DNA of 55,454 nt from an uncultured Peptoniphilaceae bacterium (GCA_964523385.1 CAZFXW010000001.1:1-55454); one strand, 5' to 3'; shown: positions 1-10,325, counted from the first letter of the stretch. The notes: a model not told the origin generated them from the letters alone. Made by a program: numbers and translations.

Positions 1-365
1 AGCTCTTCGGTAAGATAGGCACCCTTTTAGAGGTGACCGAAGATGAAATGGATTCAATTGGAGCCTTATCCTCTTCAGGCATAGCCTTTGCCGCCTATGT
101 CCTCAACTCCTTTGCCCAGGCAGGTAAGACCATTGATATCCCAGAAAAATACTTAAAGACAGTGGTCAACCAGACCTTTGCTGGAGCCATAGCCATGACT
201 CAAGGAGACATGAGTCCTGTAGAGCTGATGGAGTCGGTAGCTACAGAAGGCGGATCTACTATAGAAGGCTTAAAGACTTTAAAGACCCAAGAAGTAGAGG
301 AAAAAATCATCCAGTCGGTTCAAGCAACTAACGCTAAAATGAGAAATATGCTAGGAGGTAAGTGA
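1..365 (+). CDS. proC: Pyrroline-5-carboxylate reductase, C-terminal part (5-prime end outside window)
   Basis: The frame is open from base 3 to TGA 363-365. The translation (..GALSSSGIAFAAYVLNSFAQAG..SPVELMESVATEGGSTIEGL..) follows the conserved ProC C-terminal domain pattern (GSGPAY-like and SPGGTT-like motifs). Confidence 0.8.
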   Translation, partial: LFGKIGTLLEVTEDEMDSIGALSSSGIAFAAYVLNSFAQAGKTIDIPEKYLKTVVNQTFAGAIAMTQGDMSPVELMESVATEGGSTIEGLKTLKTQEVEEKIIQSVQATNAKMRNMLGGK

Positions 366-1267
366 TGAGAAGAATACTAGGCCTGCTAATTCTAGCCTTA
401 GTTCTCTTAACGGCCTGCAAATCTAAGGAGGCTACTGACAAGGGTTTCCACGGTTATGCAAGTATCTACCCAGTTTACGACTTGGGACTGAAGATAGCCG
501 GCGACAAGGCCCAGATAGAAATGCTCCTGCCAATGGGGGCTGACGCCCATGATTGGGAGCCTAGCGTTGGAGATATGAGAGACTTGGAAGAGGCAGACTT
601 TTTAATAATCAATGGCCTAGGCTTTGAAGGTTGGGTCGATTCGGTAATTTCTTCCTTAGACAATAAGCTGGTTTTAATTCAAACGTCCCTAGATATAGAA
701 CCTATAAAAGATGAACTAGAACATCAGGGCCATGATCATGGAGGCTTAGATCCTCATATCTGGATTTCACCAGCTAATGGGAAAAAGATGATGGAAAACA
801 TAGCCCAGGGCATAAGCGAGATTGACCGGGCCAATGGCGACTACTATATGGAAAACTATAAAACCTACGAAAAGAAATTTGACGACTTAGAAAAGTCTTA
901 TAGGGAAGGCCTAGGAGCCTTGGAAAATAAGACCCTCTTAGTTTCCCATTCAGCCTTTGGCTACTTAGCAGAAGACTACGGACTAAAGCAGGTCAGCATT
1001 GAAGGGCTTATGCCCGAGTCTGAGCCTACACCTAAGGGTTTGGCAGCAGTTGTAGATTTGGTCAGAGAGGAAGATATTAAGGCTATTTTTGTAGAAGAAG
1101 GGGAGAGCAGTAAGACAGCAGAGGCTGTGGCTGCCGAGACAGGAATAGAGATTTACACAATTTCCAACCTAGAGACTATTAGTCAAAAGTACCAGGAAAA
1201 TGGAGAAGACTATTTTTCAATTATGGAGAGAAATTTAGAGACTATAGTAGAAGGGCTGAGCAGATGA
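365..1267 (+). CDS. znuA: Metal (probably zinc) ABC transporter substrate-binding lipoprotein, ZnuA/AdcA-like
   Basis: Signal peptide with lipobox LLTAC and a His/Asp-rich loop EHQGHDHGGLDPH typical of zinc-type cluster-9 binding proteins. AGGAGG at 351-356 favours ATG 365 over GTG 362. The cognate ATPase and permease genes follow. Confidence 0.75.
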   Translation: MRRILGLLILALVLLTACKSKEATDKGFHGYASIYPVYDLGLKIAGDKAQIEMLLPMGADAHDWEPSVGDMRDLEEADFLIINGLGFEGWVDSVISSLDNKLVLIQTSLDIEPIKDELEHQGHDHGGLDPHIWISPANGKKMMENIAQGISEIDRANGDYYMENYKTYEKKFDDLEKSYREGLGALENKTLLVSHSAFGYLAEDYGLKQVSIEGLMPESEPTPKGLAAVVDLVREEDIKAIFVEEGESSKTAEAVAAETGIEIYTISNLETISQKYQENGEDYFSIMERNLETIVEGLSR

Positions 1268-1989
1268 AAATAATCGATATCCATGGACTTTACTTTTCCT
1301 ATCCTAACAATTCGGTATTGAGAAACCTAGACTACAGCTTAGAAGAGGGAGAATTTTCCGCTATTATAGGCCACAATGGCTCAGGTAAGAGCACCTTGAT
1401 AAAGATAATCCTAGGTGAACTAAGCCCCCAAAGGGGAAAAGTAGAGATTAATGGTAGGAAAATAGAGAAAAGTGACCCTCTGCCTATGATTGGCTATGTT
1501 CCTCAGAGGGATTTGGTGGAGATAGGCTTTCCTGGCTCGGTATTGGAAATAGTTAGGGGCAATCTATACTGCCAAACTACTAGGTTAAACTTTTTTAAGA
1601 AAGAAGTAAGGAGCCGGGTCCAAGAGGCCTTAGAACTGGTGGGGGCTGGAAAACTGATAGACAAACAGCTAGGCCAGCTGTCCGGAGGCCAAAGGCAAAG
1701 GGTTATGCTAGCCAGGGCCCTAGTCCACGATCCGGAGATATTGATTCTTGACGAGCCAAACAAGGGGTTAGATTCAGGGACCACAGCTAAATTTTATAGA
1801 CTCCTTAGGGAAATCAACTTGGAACAAGGAGTAAGCATAATCACAGTCACCCACGACATTGACAATCTCTACAGCTATGTAGACAGCATTCGCTGCTTGG
1901 GCAAGGGCTATCTATTAAAACTCAGCAAGGAAGATGTTGGCCGAGAGTTAGAACATAGACACTATCACCCAGAACGAGAGGAGGCTTAA
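1264..1989 (+). CDS. znuC: Metal ABC transporter ATP-binding protein
   Basis: Walker A GHNGSGKST, signature LSGGQRQR and Walker B ILILDEP. ATGA overlap with the upstream gene. Confidence 0.8.
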   Translation: MKIIDIHGLYFSYPNNSVLRNLDYSLEEGEFSAIIGHNGSGKSTLIKIILGELSPQRGKVEINGRKIEKSDPLPMIGYVPQRDLVEIGFPGSVLEIVRGNLYCQTTRLNFFKKEVRSRVQEALELVGAGKLIDKQLGQLSGGQRQRVMLARALVHDPEILILDEPNKGLDSGTTAKFYRLLREINLEQGVSIITVTHDIDNLYSYVDSIRCLGKGYLLKLSKEDVGRELEHRHYHPEREEA

Positions 1990-2789
1990 TGGCTAATATA
2001 TTTGAATACTCATTTATGATAAGAGCCTTCTTAGTTGGAGGAGTATTAGCTATCATTATCCCCCTAGTCGGAGTCTATGTGGTCCTAAGGAGAATATCTA
2101 TGATGGGCGACGCGCTGGCTCACTCATCTCTGGCAGGAGTTACTGCAGGACTGGCCTTTGGCTTTAATCCAGTCCTAGGGGCAGTGGTCTCAACTATCTT
2201 TGCCGGCCTCTTTATTGAAAGCATCAGGTCTAGGTTACCAGCCTATAAGGAAATGTCTATCGGAATAATAACATCGTTGGGAGTGGGCCTGGCTGGAGTC
2301 CTATCCGGATTTGTCACCAATTCAACTGGTTTTAGCTCCTTTTTATTTGGATCAATTGTGGCTATTTCCGACCAAGAGCTTTACTTTGTACTGGCTGTAG
2401 GAGCCTTAGTTTTGGCCAGCGTGGTCTTTTTCTATAGGGAACTCTTTTTATTAAGCTTAGATGAAAGAGGAGCCCAGCTCCTAGGAGTGAGGTCAAGGAT
2501 AATTGGACTGATCTTTACTTTTTTAATCGCCTTGACTGTTGCAGTGGCTGCTAGAACAGTAGGTACATTAATAGTGGCCTCATTGATGGTAGTGCCAGTG
2601 GCTTCGGCCATGGCCCTAGCTAGATCCTACTTTCAAACTTGCATCTATTCAGTTGTTTTTGGAATTTTAGCTAGCCTTATCGGGCTTTTATTATCTTTCT
2701 ACCTAGACCTTAGGCCGGGAGCTACCATAGTTTTAGTGTCTATAGGCCTGATGATTTTGGCAACTTTTATAAGTAGGCTTAGAAAATGA
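1989..2789 (+). CDS. znuB: Metal ABC transporter permease (ABC-3 family)
   Basis: A 266-aa polytopic hydrophobic protein with the GDALAHSSLAGV motif typical of ZnuB/MntB-type permeases. Its start overlaps the ATPase stop (TAATG). Confidence 0.8.
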   Translation: MANIFEYSFMIRAFLVGGVLAIIIPLVGVYVVLRRISMMGDALAHSSLAGVTAGLAFGFNPVLGAVVSTIFAGLFIESIRSRLPAYKEMSIGIITSLGVGLAGVLSGFVTNSTGFSSFLFGSIVAISDQELYFVLAVGALVLASVVFFYRELFLLSLDERGAQLLGVRSRIIGLIFTFLIALTVAVAARTVGTLIVASLMVVPVASAMALARSYFQTCIYSVVFGILASLIGLLLSFYLDLRPGATIVLVSIGLMILATFISRLRK

Positions 2790-3466
2790 AAAATTTAAGT
2801 GAAAAGTTTTCCATAAGAAAAAACGACATAATAACAATTGTAGGCTCAGGAGGCAAGACCACTCTTATGTATACCTTGGCTGGGGAACTGGCTCAAAAGG
2901 GAAGGGTCCTTATCACCACATCGACTAAAATCGGAGTTCCTAAAGGAGACAGGGGAGACCTAGTCTACTTTGAAGATCTGGCAGATTACATCCGGCCCAA
3001 AGGGGGAGTAATAACTGTTATGGGCCAGGGGAGAAAGGGAAGGATGATTCAGTCGATTGACGATTCCTGGCTGGGAAAGGTAAAAGACCAATTTGATTAC
3101 ATCCTTATGGAAGGAGATGGGGCCAAGCGCAAGCCTTTAAAGGGCTGGCGGGACTTTGAACCCGTAGTCTTGGAAGCCAGCAGGATAACTATAGGAGTTT
3201 TACCCCTAAGGCTAGTGGGCCAGGAAATCATCGACGAGCAAATCTTCAACCCAGAGATATTCAAAAAAGACTTTGGCTTTGAATCCAGGCTGGACTTTGA
3301 AGTTGTCTGGAGGATAGTCAGTTCAGACCAGGGAATCTTCAAGGCCAGCAAGCCAGAGGATAGGAAAATCCTCTACCTAAGCCAATCCCAAGGCTTAGAA
3401 GAGCTGGGAGACCAGCTAAAGGCCTACTTAGAAGAAAAAAATGAAGCTATAGAAGTATACTATTAA
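2786..3466 (+). CDS. yqeC: YqeC-like P-loop protein (putative selenium-dependent hydroxylase accessory protein family)
   Basis: N-terminal IVGSGGKTTLMYTLAGEL P-loop followed by VLITTSTKI and later ILMEGDGAKRKPLKG, the pattern of the YqeC family. ATGA overlap with the permease gene. Confidence 0.65.
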   Translation: MKNLSEKFSIRKNDIITIVGSGGKTTLMYTLAGELAQKGRVLITTSTKIGVPKGDRGDLVYFEDLADYIRPKGGVITVMGQGRKGRMIQSIDDSWLGKVKDQFDYILMEGDGAKRKPLKGWRDFEPVVLEASRITIGVLPLRLVGQEIIDEQIFNPEIFKKDFGFESRLDFEVVWRIVSSDQGIFKASKPEDRKILYLSQSQGLEELGDQLKAYLEEKNEAIEVYY

Positions 3467-3498
3467 AAAAGAGCCCTAGGCCTCTCTTTTACTTGTTA

Positions 3499-4067
3499 CT
3501 ATTTATCTAGGACAATAACTCTGTAGTCGTCGTAGTAGTTTCTGATGATCTGGTCGGCTATAACCACAGTCCTCCCAATAGAGTCTAAATTATCTAAAAC
3601 CTTTATTCTCAAATCTTCGTTCAAAATAGAGAAATTGTCGTCGATATAGATGGGTCCCTGACTTTGGTAGATAGTTCGGGCTAGGCCTATTCTAAAGGCT
3701 TCTCCACCAGAGATATTGGTAGCATCTGGCTCAAGGATTTGAGAAAATCCCTTTTAAAATCATTTCCAGTCAATCCGGCGATTTCAATAGCCCAGTTAAA
3801 CCTAGCCTGGTCCCAGTCCCCTAAGTATATATTTTCTTTTATTGTCTGTTTTAGAAGGCTAGGCTCATAGGTTTGAAAGCTAGAGTATGGCACTTTTTCA
3901 GAGGCCCTTTCTAAAAGAGAGGTCTTTCCCCAGCCCGTCGAGCCAAGGAGGATGTTCAACCTGCCTTTTTCTATCCTATTAAGAAAATTCAATGACCAGT
4001 CTTGGGGGCCAGTCTTTTTTCTAAACTCAAAGAATTTCCTATTAAGATTTTCCAAGTATGCCTTCAT
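3499..4067 (-). pseudogene. ABC ATPase domain gene, frameshifted
   Basis: ORF 3687-4067 carries Walker A GSTGWGKTS. The signature and Walker B part (ISGGEAFRIGLARTIY..PIYIDDNFS..VVIADQ) continues in another frame from about 3700 down to a TAG at 3499-3501. Confidence 0.7.
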
Positions 4068-5594
4068 TTATTGGTAGAGCAGATTAGAGCTATTCATATA
4101 ATCGGCTACTTGCGAGAGAGACTCTGAATAGGTTAGAAAGAGGACCAAGGCTTTTTTATCCTTAAATTTTTGTAAAAGCCTAGCGACATTTTCCACTCCC
4201 ATGTGGGTAAAGGCTTCGTCGAGTATAATAAAACTCCGCTGAGAGTAGATTGTTTCCATAAGATTTATCAGCATAATCTGTCCAGTAGATAAGTTCTGAC
4301 CAGACTCTACATTAGCTTTAAGCTCTTCTAATTCAGGGCCTAGTTGGGTTTTAAGCAACCAATCTTTGGATATGGACTTAGAACTGTTTTGTGCTAGGAA
4401 ACTTATCTCCTTTTGGTAGGAAGATTTCTTATAATTCCTAACATCCACACCATTGAACTTGATAGACCCTGAGTCTAAGTCCATTAACCGGCCTAAGAGA
4501 TTGACTAGGGTCGTCTTTCTACTACCAGATAGACCGATAAGTGCATAAACTCTGCCAGCCACCAAGCTTAGGTTTAGATCCTTTAATAGCTCATAATCAC
4601 TATAGGAAAAAAATCCATTTTCTACTAGGATTTCCTCAATAGGTACTTCTAGTTCCATGGACCCATAGGCCTGGCTGTCTTTGATTTCTAAAATCCTTTC
4701 AATCCTATCTACAGAAGCTTTAATTCCAGGAGCCGACTCTAATTGAACCCTAAAATCTTCCACTGGTTCTTCTAAAAGACTGACGTGGTGGAGAAAGAGA
4801 AAAACTCCTCTAGGATGGAGTCGGCCAGTGGCCACTGCCCAAGTTCCCAGGCCTAGAAGGGCAATTTTCAAGGCAGAAAATCCCTTGAGAGATACCAACC
4901 GGTATCTGTAGGCTAGGTAGGAACTTACAAAATCCTTAGAAAAATAGTTGTAAATAAAGTCAGCTGGGTAGTTGTTCAGGTAATCCAACCTGCCTAGGCC
5001 TAGGAAGTCTTCCATTGTCTTAGATACGGTGGCAAAGGCATTGAGAAAGGCTTCATTGGCTACTTAAGTATCCTCTAAGACCTAGGCCTATTTTTTACTT
5101 ATCCTTGAGAAGGAAAAAGCCATTAATCCAAAGACTAAAACCATAGCCAGAGGAGCTAGAACACTCTCTAAGGCAGAGACCAAGACCATACCGACTATAA
5201 GAACCAGGCCCTTGATTATTAATCCTAAAAAGTGGATATAGAAATTAGCTACCTGGACAGCGTCCTTATCCAAGGTCTGGGCAATTTCACCTAGTTGTTA
5301 GGTTTCTACAGCCTCCTGGTCTCCATCTACAAGCCTTTGGACCATTTTCCTCCCCAAATCACCAACCAGCCTCCAAAAGAGAAAGCTTGAGAAGAAGTAG
5401 GAAAAAAGTGTAAAGGCCAACCTAGCCAGGATTAGGGCTGAAATTAGAATAACTATAGACTTTTCTATAGGGCTACGGTCGTAGAGGCTTTCAATAATGT
5501 TTGCCAGGAAAATAGGGTAGGCAACCCTGATAAGTCCTAAGACCACTACCAATATGTAACTCAGAAATAATTTAAAACCATATCCCTTAAACAT
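4068..5594 (-). pseudogene. ABC exporter (fused permease + ATPase), broken into at least three ORFs
   Basis: Minus-strand ORFs 5298-5594 and 5088-5273 are hydrophobic TMD pieces. ORF 4068-5015 holds the end of the TMD plus an NBD with Walker A GLSGSRKTT, a degenerate signature LSTGQ and Walker B FIILDEAF. These are consecutive fragments in different frames. RBS GGAGGA lies just upstream of ATG 5594. Confidence 0.7.
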
Positions 5595-5731
5595 TGGTCC
5601 TCCTTGATAAAATATCTTATTTATTTAATTATAGGCTAGTTTAGGTTTATCACAAAGCCCTAGCCCCTTAGTTTTAATAACAAGAATATAGGGTATAAAT
5701 ACTCCAAATGAACAAATATTAGGAGGACAAG

Positions 5732-6106
5732 ATGAAATACATTCACACCTGTATTAGAGTTAAGGACCTAGAAGAGTCAATTAAATTTTATACCGAAGCC
5801 CTAGGCTACGAAGAGAGAAGGAGAAAAGACTTTCCAGAAGACAAGTTCTCCCTAGTCTTCCTAGCCTTACCAGGAGACGAAAACGAACTAGAGTTAACCT
5901 ACAACTACGACCATGGGCCCTACGAATTAGGCAACGGCTTTAGCCACATAGCACTGGGAACAGAAGACCTAGAGGGAACCCACAAGAGAATCAAAGAAGC
6001 AGGCTACAAGGTGACAGACCTTTGGGGGCTGCCAGGCCAAGAACCCCACTACTTCTTCGTAACCGATCCAGACGGCTATGACGTAGAAATAGTAAGGCAA
6101 GACTAA
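5732..6106 (+). CDS. gloA: Lactoylglutathione lyase / glyoxalase I (VOC family)
   Basis: A 124-aa protein with H at the N-terminal beta strand (YIHTCIRVKDLEESIKFY), ..LELTYNY.., GFSHIAL and DPDGYDVEIV, the typical small glyoxalase I pattern. RBS AGGAGGA lies upstream. Confidence 0.75.
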   Translation: MKYIHTCIRVKDLEESIKFYTEALGYEERRRKDFPEDKFSLVFLALPGDENELELTYNYDHGPYELGNGFSHIALGTEDLEGTHKRIKEAGYKVTDLWGLPGQEPHYFFVTDPDGYDVEIVRQD

Positions 6107-6122
6107 AAAACAATATAAGATT

Positions 6123-6146
6123 AGACGGCGTAAGCCGTCTTTTTTA
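6123..6146 (+). terminator. Rho-independent terminator after gloA
   Basis: AGACGGC-gtaa-GCCGTCT hairpin followed by TTTTTT. Confidence 0.8.
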
Positions 6147-6162
6147 TTTCCCAAGGTTGAAA

Positions 6163-6190
6163 GAACAGGGGACCTATCTTTGTTCATATA
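6163..6190. repeat. 28-nt repeat GAACAGGGGACCTATCTTTGTTCATATA (copy 1)
   Basis: Matches the reverse complement of 10369-10396 at 26 of 28 positions. It is internally a GAACA..TGTTC hairpin. Confidence 0.85.
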
Positions 6191-6218
6191 TATAAATTGT
6201 TCTATCTATTAAATGCCA

Positions 6219-6247
6219 GTAGGCTCCTACAGTGTAGGTCAATTGAC
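6219..6247 (+). repeat. REP-like units (GTAG-headed palindromes)
   Basis: GTAG-GCTC-CTAC, followed by GTAG plus the perfect 10-bp palindrome GTCAATTGAC. Confidence 0.5.
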
Positions 6248-6320
6248 ACAAGAGTCTAACACCCTTATAATCGTCAAGACCGTTAGATATTAATTTTATG
6301 CCTATAGATTGGAGCTATTT

Positions 6321-6755
6321 ATGGATTTTGAAAAACTTGCAAAGGAATTTATGGAGAATTTAATCCTCTACTATAAAAGAAGGCCCCTCTGTAGTCTACA
6401 GGAAGGCCACAGGGGCCAGCGTATGATATTAAATATCATAGCCAATAACTCAGGAGAAATCTCCCCTGGTCAGATAAGTAGCTTGGTGAAGATTTCCTCT
6501 GCCAGAACGGCTAAGGTTTTAAATAACCTAGAAGACTTGGGCTATATCCAGAGGCAGATAGATCTAGAGGACCGGGGCAAAACAATTATTTGTATAAGCA
6601 AAAAGGGCCAGACCAAGGCTGAGAAATACAAGGAAAAAATGCTGGCCAACATTGGCTCTATGCTAGAGTATTTGGGTCCAGAAGATAGCCTGGATTTCAC
6701 TAGAATTATGAAGAAGTTGAGTGAATATAAGATAAGGGAGGATTTAAATGATTAA
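6321..6755 (+). CDS. MarR-family transcriptional regulator
   Basis: About 145 aa with a winged-HTH pattern (ISPGQISSLVKISSARTAKVLNNLEDLGYIQRQIDLEDRGKT). ATG 6321 is preferred over TTG 6309 because GGAG lies 6 nt upstream. It overlaps the downstream ABC gene. Confidence 0.75.
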   Translation: MDFEKLAKEFMENLILYYKRRPLCSLQEGHRGQRMILNIIANNSGEISPGQISSLVKISSARTAKVLNNLEDLGYIQRQIDLEDRGKTIICISKKGQTKAEKYKEKMLANIGSMLEYLGPEDSLDFTRIMKKLSEYKIREDLND

Positions 6756-8508
6756 AATACTCAGAAACTTAGACCGAAAAAGCTGGTTTACTTTGATATT
6801 AATAACCGTTCTTACCGTAGGCCAAGTTTACCTAAATCTTCAGATTCCAGCCTATATGTCGGCAGTTACCAGGCTACTTCAAGAGCCTGGATCATTGGTT
6901 ACTGACATTTATAGCTTTGGATTTAAAATGATAATAACTGCCATAGGCTCAATAGTACTGGCTATAATCGCCGGATTTTTTATTGCCCGAACGGCAGCTA
7001 GTTTAATAAGAAATATTAGATTTGCCCTTTATGATAGAATAGCAGATTTTTCCATGAAGGATATTAACCAGTTTTCAACAGCATCCTTAATTACTAGAAC
7101 TACTAACGATACAAATCACGTTCGAATCGCCTACTCAATGGGATTGCAAATAATATTATCCTCTCCAGTAATGGCCTTTTTAGCCATTAGACAAATTATG
7201 GGAAAATCCTATGAATTTGGGCTGGCAACTGCCATTGGGGTAGGAGCACTGACATTAGTTTTTATTGTTTCATTAATCTATGTAATGCCAAGATTTGCCC
7301 GTATGCAGTCTTTAACCGATGAGATAAACAGAGTTTCTAGGGAAAATTTAACAGGCTTAAGAGTAATTAGAGCCTACAACGCAGAAAACTATCAACAGGA
7401 AAAATTTGAAACAGTTAATGGCAATCTATTCTACAATCAAATTCAAATTTACAGAACTTTTGCCATATTAAGGCCTATGACCTTAATAGCCGCACAGGTT
7501 TTAATTTTATTTATATATATTATTGGAGCTCATTTAATAAACTCAGCAGGAATGGACCAGGCACTGACCATATTTTCCGACATGATAGTATTTTCACAAT
7601 ACGCCATGCAGATAATCTTTGCTTTTATTATGCTGGTCATAATTGCCATAATCATGCCTAGAGCTCAGGTTTCTGCAAATCGTCTTAACGAGGTTCTGGA
7701 CACAAAAAGCTCTATCATAGAAGGAAAGCTGACAGAAGGAAAGCCGGGAATTTATGGAGAGCTAGAGTTTAAAAATGTTTCCTTTAAATATCCTGATGCA
7801 GAAGACTGTATTGTTGAGGATATAAGCTTTAAAGTAACTAGGGGAAAAACCCTAGCCTTTATTGGTTCAACTGGTTCTGGTAAAACCACCTTAGCAAATC
7901 TAGCCATGAGATTCTTAGATGTAACAAAGGGAGAAGTTTTAGTGGACGGAGTAAACGTAAAAGACTATAAATTGGAAGCTCTTTACAATAAATTAGGATA
8001 TGTTTCCCAAAGATCCATGCTCTACCGAGGAGATATTGAGTCAAATATTAACTTTGGCAAAAACTCTAGAAAAACTATTGAGGAAGCAGATATTTACAAG
8101 GCCATAGACATAGCCCAGGGTACAGATTTTGTTAGAAGTGAAACAGATGAGATTAAGGCACCAGTAGCCCAGCTAGGATCTAACTTCTCTGGGGGTCAAA
8201 AACAAAGACTTTCGATAGCTAGGGCAATATTTAAAGACCCAGAAATACTCATCTTTGACGACTCCTTTTCCGCCCTCGACTATCAAACAGATAGAAAACT
8301 GAGAAATCGTCTAAAAGAAGAAACAAAGGACGTTACAAAAATAATTATAGCCCAAAGGGTTGGAACAATAATAGATGCCGATGAAATCATCGTTTTAGAT
8401 AAGGGAAGAATAGTTTGTAAAGGAAGCCATGAAGAATTACTAAGAACTTCTAAAGTATATTTAGAAATCGCTAAGAGTCAGTTGTCAGAGGAGGAATTAA
8501 AGCTATGA
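6748..8508 (+). CDS. ABC exporter subunit (fused TMD-NBD), multidrug-type heterodimer partner 1
   Basis: Six predicted TM segments, then Walker A GSTGSGKTT, signature FSGGQKQR and Walker B ILIFDDSFSALD. RBS AGGAGG lies upstream. Confidence 0.85.
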   Translation: MIKILRNLDRKSWFTLILITVLTVGQVYLNLQIPAYMSAVTRLLQEPGSLVTDIYSFGFKMIITAIGSIVLAIIAGFFIARTAASLIRNIRFALYDRIADFSMKDINQFSTASLITRTTNDTNHVRIAYSMGLQIILSSPVMAFLAIRQIMGKSYEFGLATAIGVGALTLVFIVSLIYVMPRFARMQSLTDEINRVSRENLTGLRVIRAYNAENYQQEKFETVNGNLFYNQIQIYRTFAILRPMTLIAAQVLILFIYIIGAHLINSAGMDQALTIFSDMIVFSQYAMQIIFAFIMLVIIAIIMPRAQVSANRLNEVLDTKSSIIEGKLTEGKPGIYGELEFKNVSFKYPDAEDCIVEDISFKVTRGKTLAFIGSTGSGKTTLANLAMRFLDVTKGEVLVDGVNVKDYKLEALYNKLGYVSQRSMLYRGDIESNINFGKNSRKTIEEADIYKAIDIAQGTDFVRSETDEIKAPVAQLGSNFSGGQKQRLSIARAIFKDPEILIFDDSFSALDYQTDRKLRNRLKEETKDVTKIIIAQRVGTIIDADEIIVLDKGRIVCKGSHEELLRTSKVYLEIAKSQLSEEELKL

Positions 8509-10298
8509 AAAAAAGAGTAAATAAAGAAAATTCTCCTTTACAAAACCTGTCTAGGACACTATACAAGCTTTTAAGCCATGATAAAAAGTATTATCCCCAC
8601 TTTATAATAGCCACAGTGGCCGCTATTGTAGCCACATTATTTCAGGTAATTGGACCGACCTTTATTTCAAAAATAACCAACACCATAGTGGCAGGACTGC
8701 CAAAGGTAGTAGGAGAAAGTTCAAATATCGATTTGAAAGAAGTAGTAAGAATAGGAACAATCCTAGGGGTCATTCACTTTTCTTCCTTTGCCTTAAATGC
8801 AGTTAAAAACTTAATACTTGCCAATGCTACATTAAATATCACAAGAACCCTTAGAACAGAAGTGTCTAGAAAAATAAACAATCTCCCCCTGTCCTTTTTT
8901 GACACTACCAGCTTTGGAGATATACTTTCCAGAATTACCATGGATGTAGACACAGTTTCAGAAACCTTAAACCAATCAGTGGGAGCTATGCTACAGGTAC
9001 TGACGGTTTTAGTAGGTGCTATAATAATGATGTATCTTACCAACATTATTTTAGCAACAGTGGCCACATTAGTAGCCCTTGTAGGTTTCTATGTAATGCT
9101 GAGAATAGTTAGAATATCCCAGGAACATTTTGGAAAAATCCAAGAAGGATTGGGAGGAATGAACGGCCATGTAGAAGAGGTTTATTCCGGTCATGACGTA
9201 ATAAAAGCCTACAATGCCCATGAAATGATGAGAGAGGATTTTGCCTACTATAACGATATGATTTTTGAAGCAGGGTGGAGATCCCAGTTTTTCTCTGGGT
9301 CAATGACTCCCTTAATGGAGTTTACTTCAAACTTTGCCTTTGTATTAGTGGCAGTAATCGGATCAGTAATGACTAAAAACGGTTTAATTCAATTTGGAAC
9401 CGTAATAGCCATGATGATTTACGTTAGAATTTTCACCCAACCCCTGTCTCAATTGGCCCAAACTTTCACTAATTTTCAAAGAACCTTTGCTGCTTCAGAG
9501 AGAATTTTTGAATTCTTGTCCAACGAAGAGATGGAAAGTGAAAGCAATAAAAAGCCAACTATAGAAAAGGCAAAAGGCCATGTGACATTTGAAAATGTAA
9601 AATTTGGCTACCAGCCAGGCCAGGAAACGATTAAAGACTTTTCCTTAGACGTGGTACCCGGACAGAAAGTAGCCATTGTTGGCCCTACAGGAGCAGGTAA
9701 AACCACCTTGGTAAATCTGTTAATGAGATTTTACGAAATAAATTCGGGAAAAATCCTAATCGACGGTCATAATATAAAAGAAACTACCAGAGCCAACATT
9801 CACGACCAGTTCTCCATGGTACTACAAGACACGTGGATTTTTGAAGGAACCATAAAAGAAAACATCATCTACTCGGTAGAAGGAGTTACCGACGAAGAAG
9901 TAGTAGAAGCGGCAAAGGCCGTAGGACTTCACCACTTTGTAATGACCATGCCTAAGGGCTACGACACAGTAATAGGAGAGGCAGACCAGCTTTCAGAAGG
10001 TCAGCTTCAGCTCCTAACCATAGCCAGGGCCATGATTAAGGATGGTCCTCTCTTGATCCTAGATGAGGCCACCTCAAGCGTAGATACAAGGACAGAGGAA
10101 ATAGTTCAAAGGGCCATGGACAAGTTGACCGAGGGAAGAACTTCCTTTGTAATTGCCCATAGACTCTCAACTATTAGAAACGCAGATATAATTCTAGTTC
10201 TAGAAGCCGGAGATATAGTGGAAACAGGGACTCATGATGAACTTATGGCTGCCCAAGGCTTCTACGCCGACCTATATAATGCCCAATTCGAACTATAA
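8505..10298 (+). CDS. ABC exporter subunit (fused TMD-NBD), heterodimer partner 2
   Basis: TMD followed by Walker A GPTGAGKTT, signature LSEGQLQLL and Walker B LLILDEATSSVD. ATGA overlap with partner 1. Confidence 0.85.
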   Translation: MKKRVNKENSPLQNLSRTLYKLLSHDKKYYPHFIIATVAAIVATLFQVIGPTFISKITNTIVAGLPKVVGESSNIDLKEVVRIGTILGVIHFSSFALNAVKNLILANATLNITRTLRTEVSRKINNLPLSFFDTTSFGDILSRITMDVDTVSETLNQSVGAMLQVLTVLVGAIIMMYLTNIILATVATLVALVGFYVMLRIVRISQEHFGKIQEGLGGMNGHVEEVYSGHDVIKAYNAHEMMREDFAYYNDMIFEAGWRSQFFSGSMTPLMEFTSNFAFVLVAVIGSVMTKNGLIQFGTVIAMMIYVRIFTQPLSQLAQTFTNFQRTFAASERIFEFLSNEEMESESNKKPTIEKAKGHVTFENVKFGYQPGQETIKDFSLDVVPGQKVAIVGPTGAGKTTLVNLLMRFYEINSGKILIDGHNIKETTRANIHDQFSMVLQDTWIFEGTIKENIIYSVEGVTDEEVVEAAKAVGLHHFVMTMPKGYDTVIGEADQLSEGQLQLLTIARAMIKDGPLLILDEATSSVDTRTEEIVQRAMDKLTEGRTSFVIAHRLSTIRNADIILVLEAGDIVETGTHDELMAAQGFYADLYNAQFEL

Positions 10299-10302
10299 CA
10301 AT

Positions 10303-10325
10303 GACGGCTTCGGCCGTCTTTTTTT
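10303..10325 (+). terminator. Rho-independent terminator after the ABC pair
   Basis: GACGGC-ttcg-GCCGTC hairpin followed by a T7 run. Confidence 0.85.
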
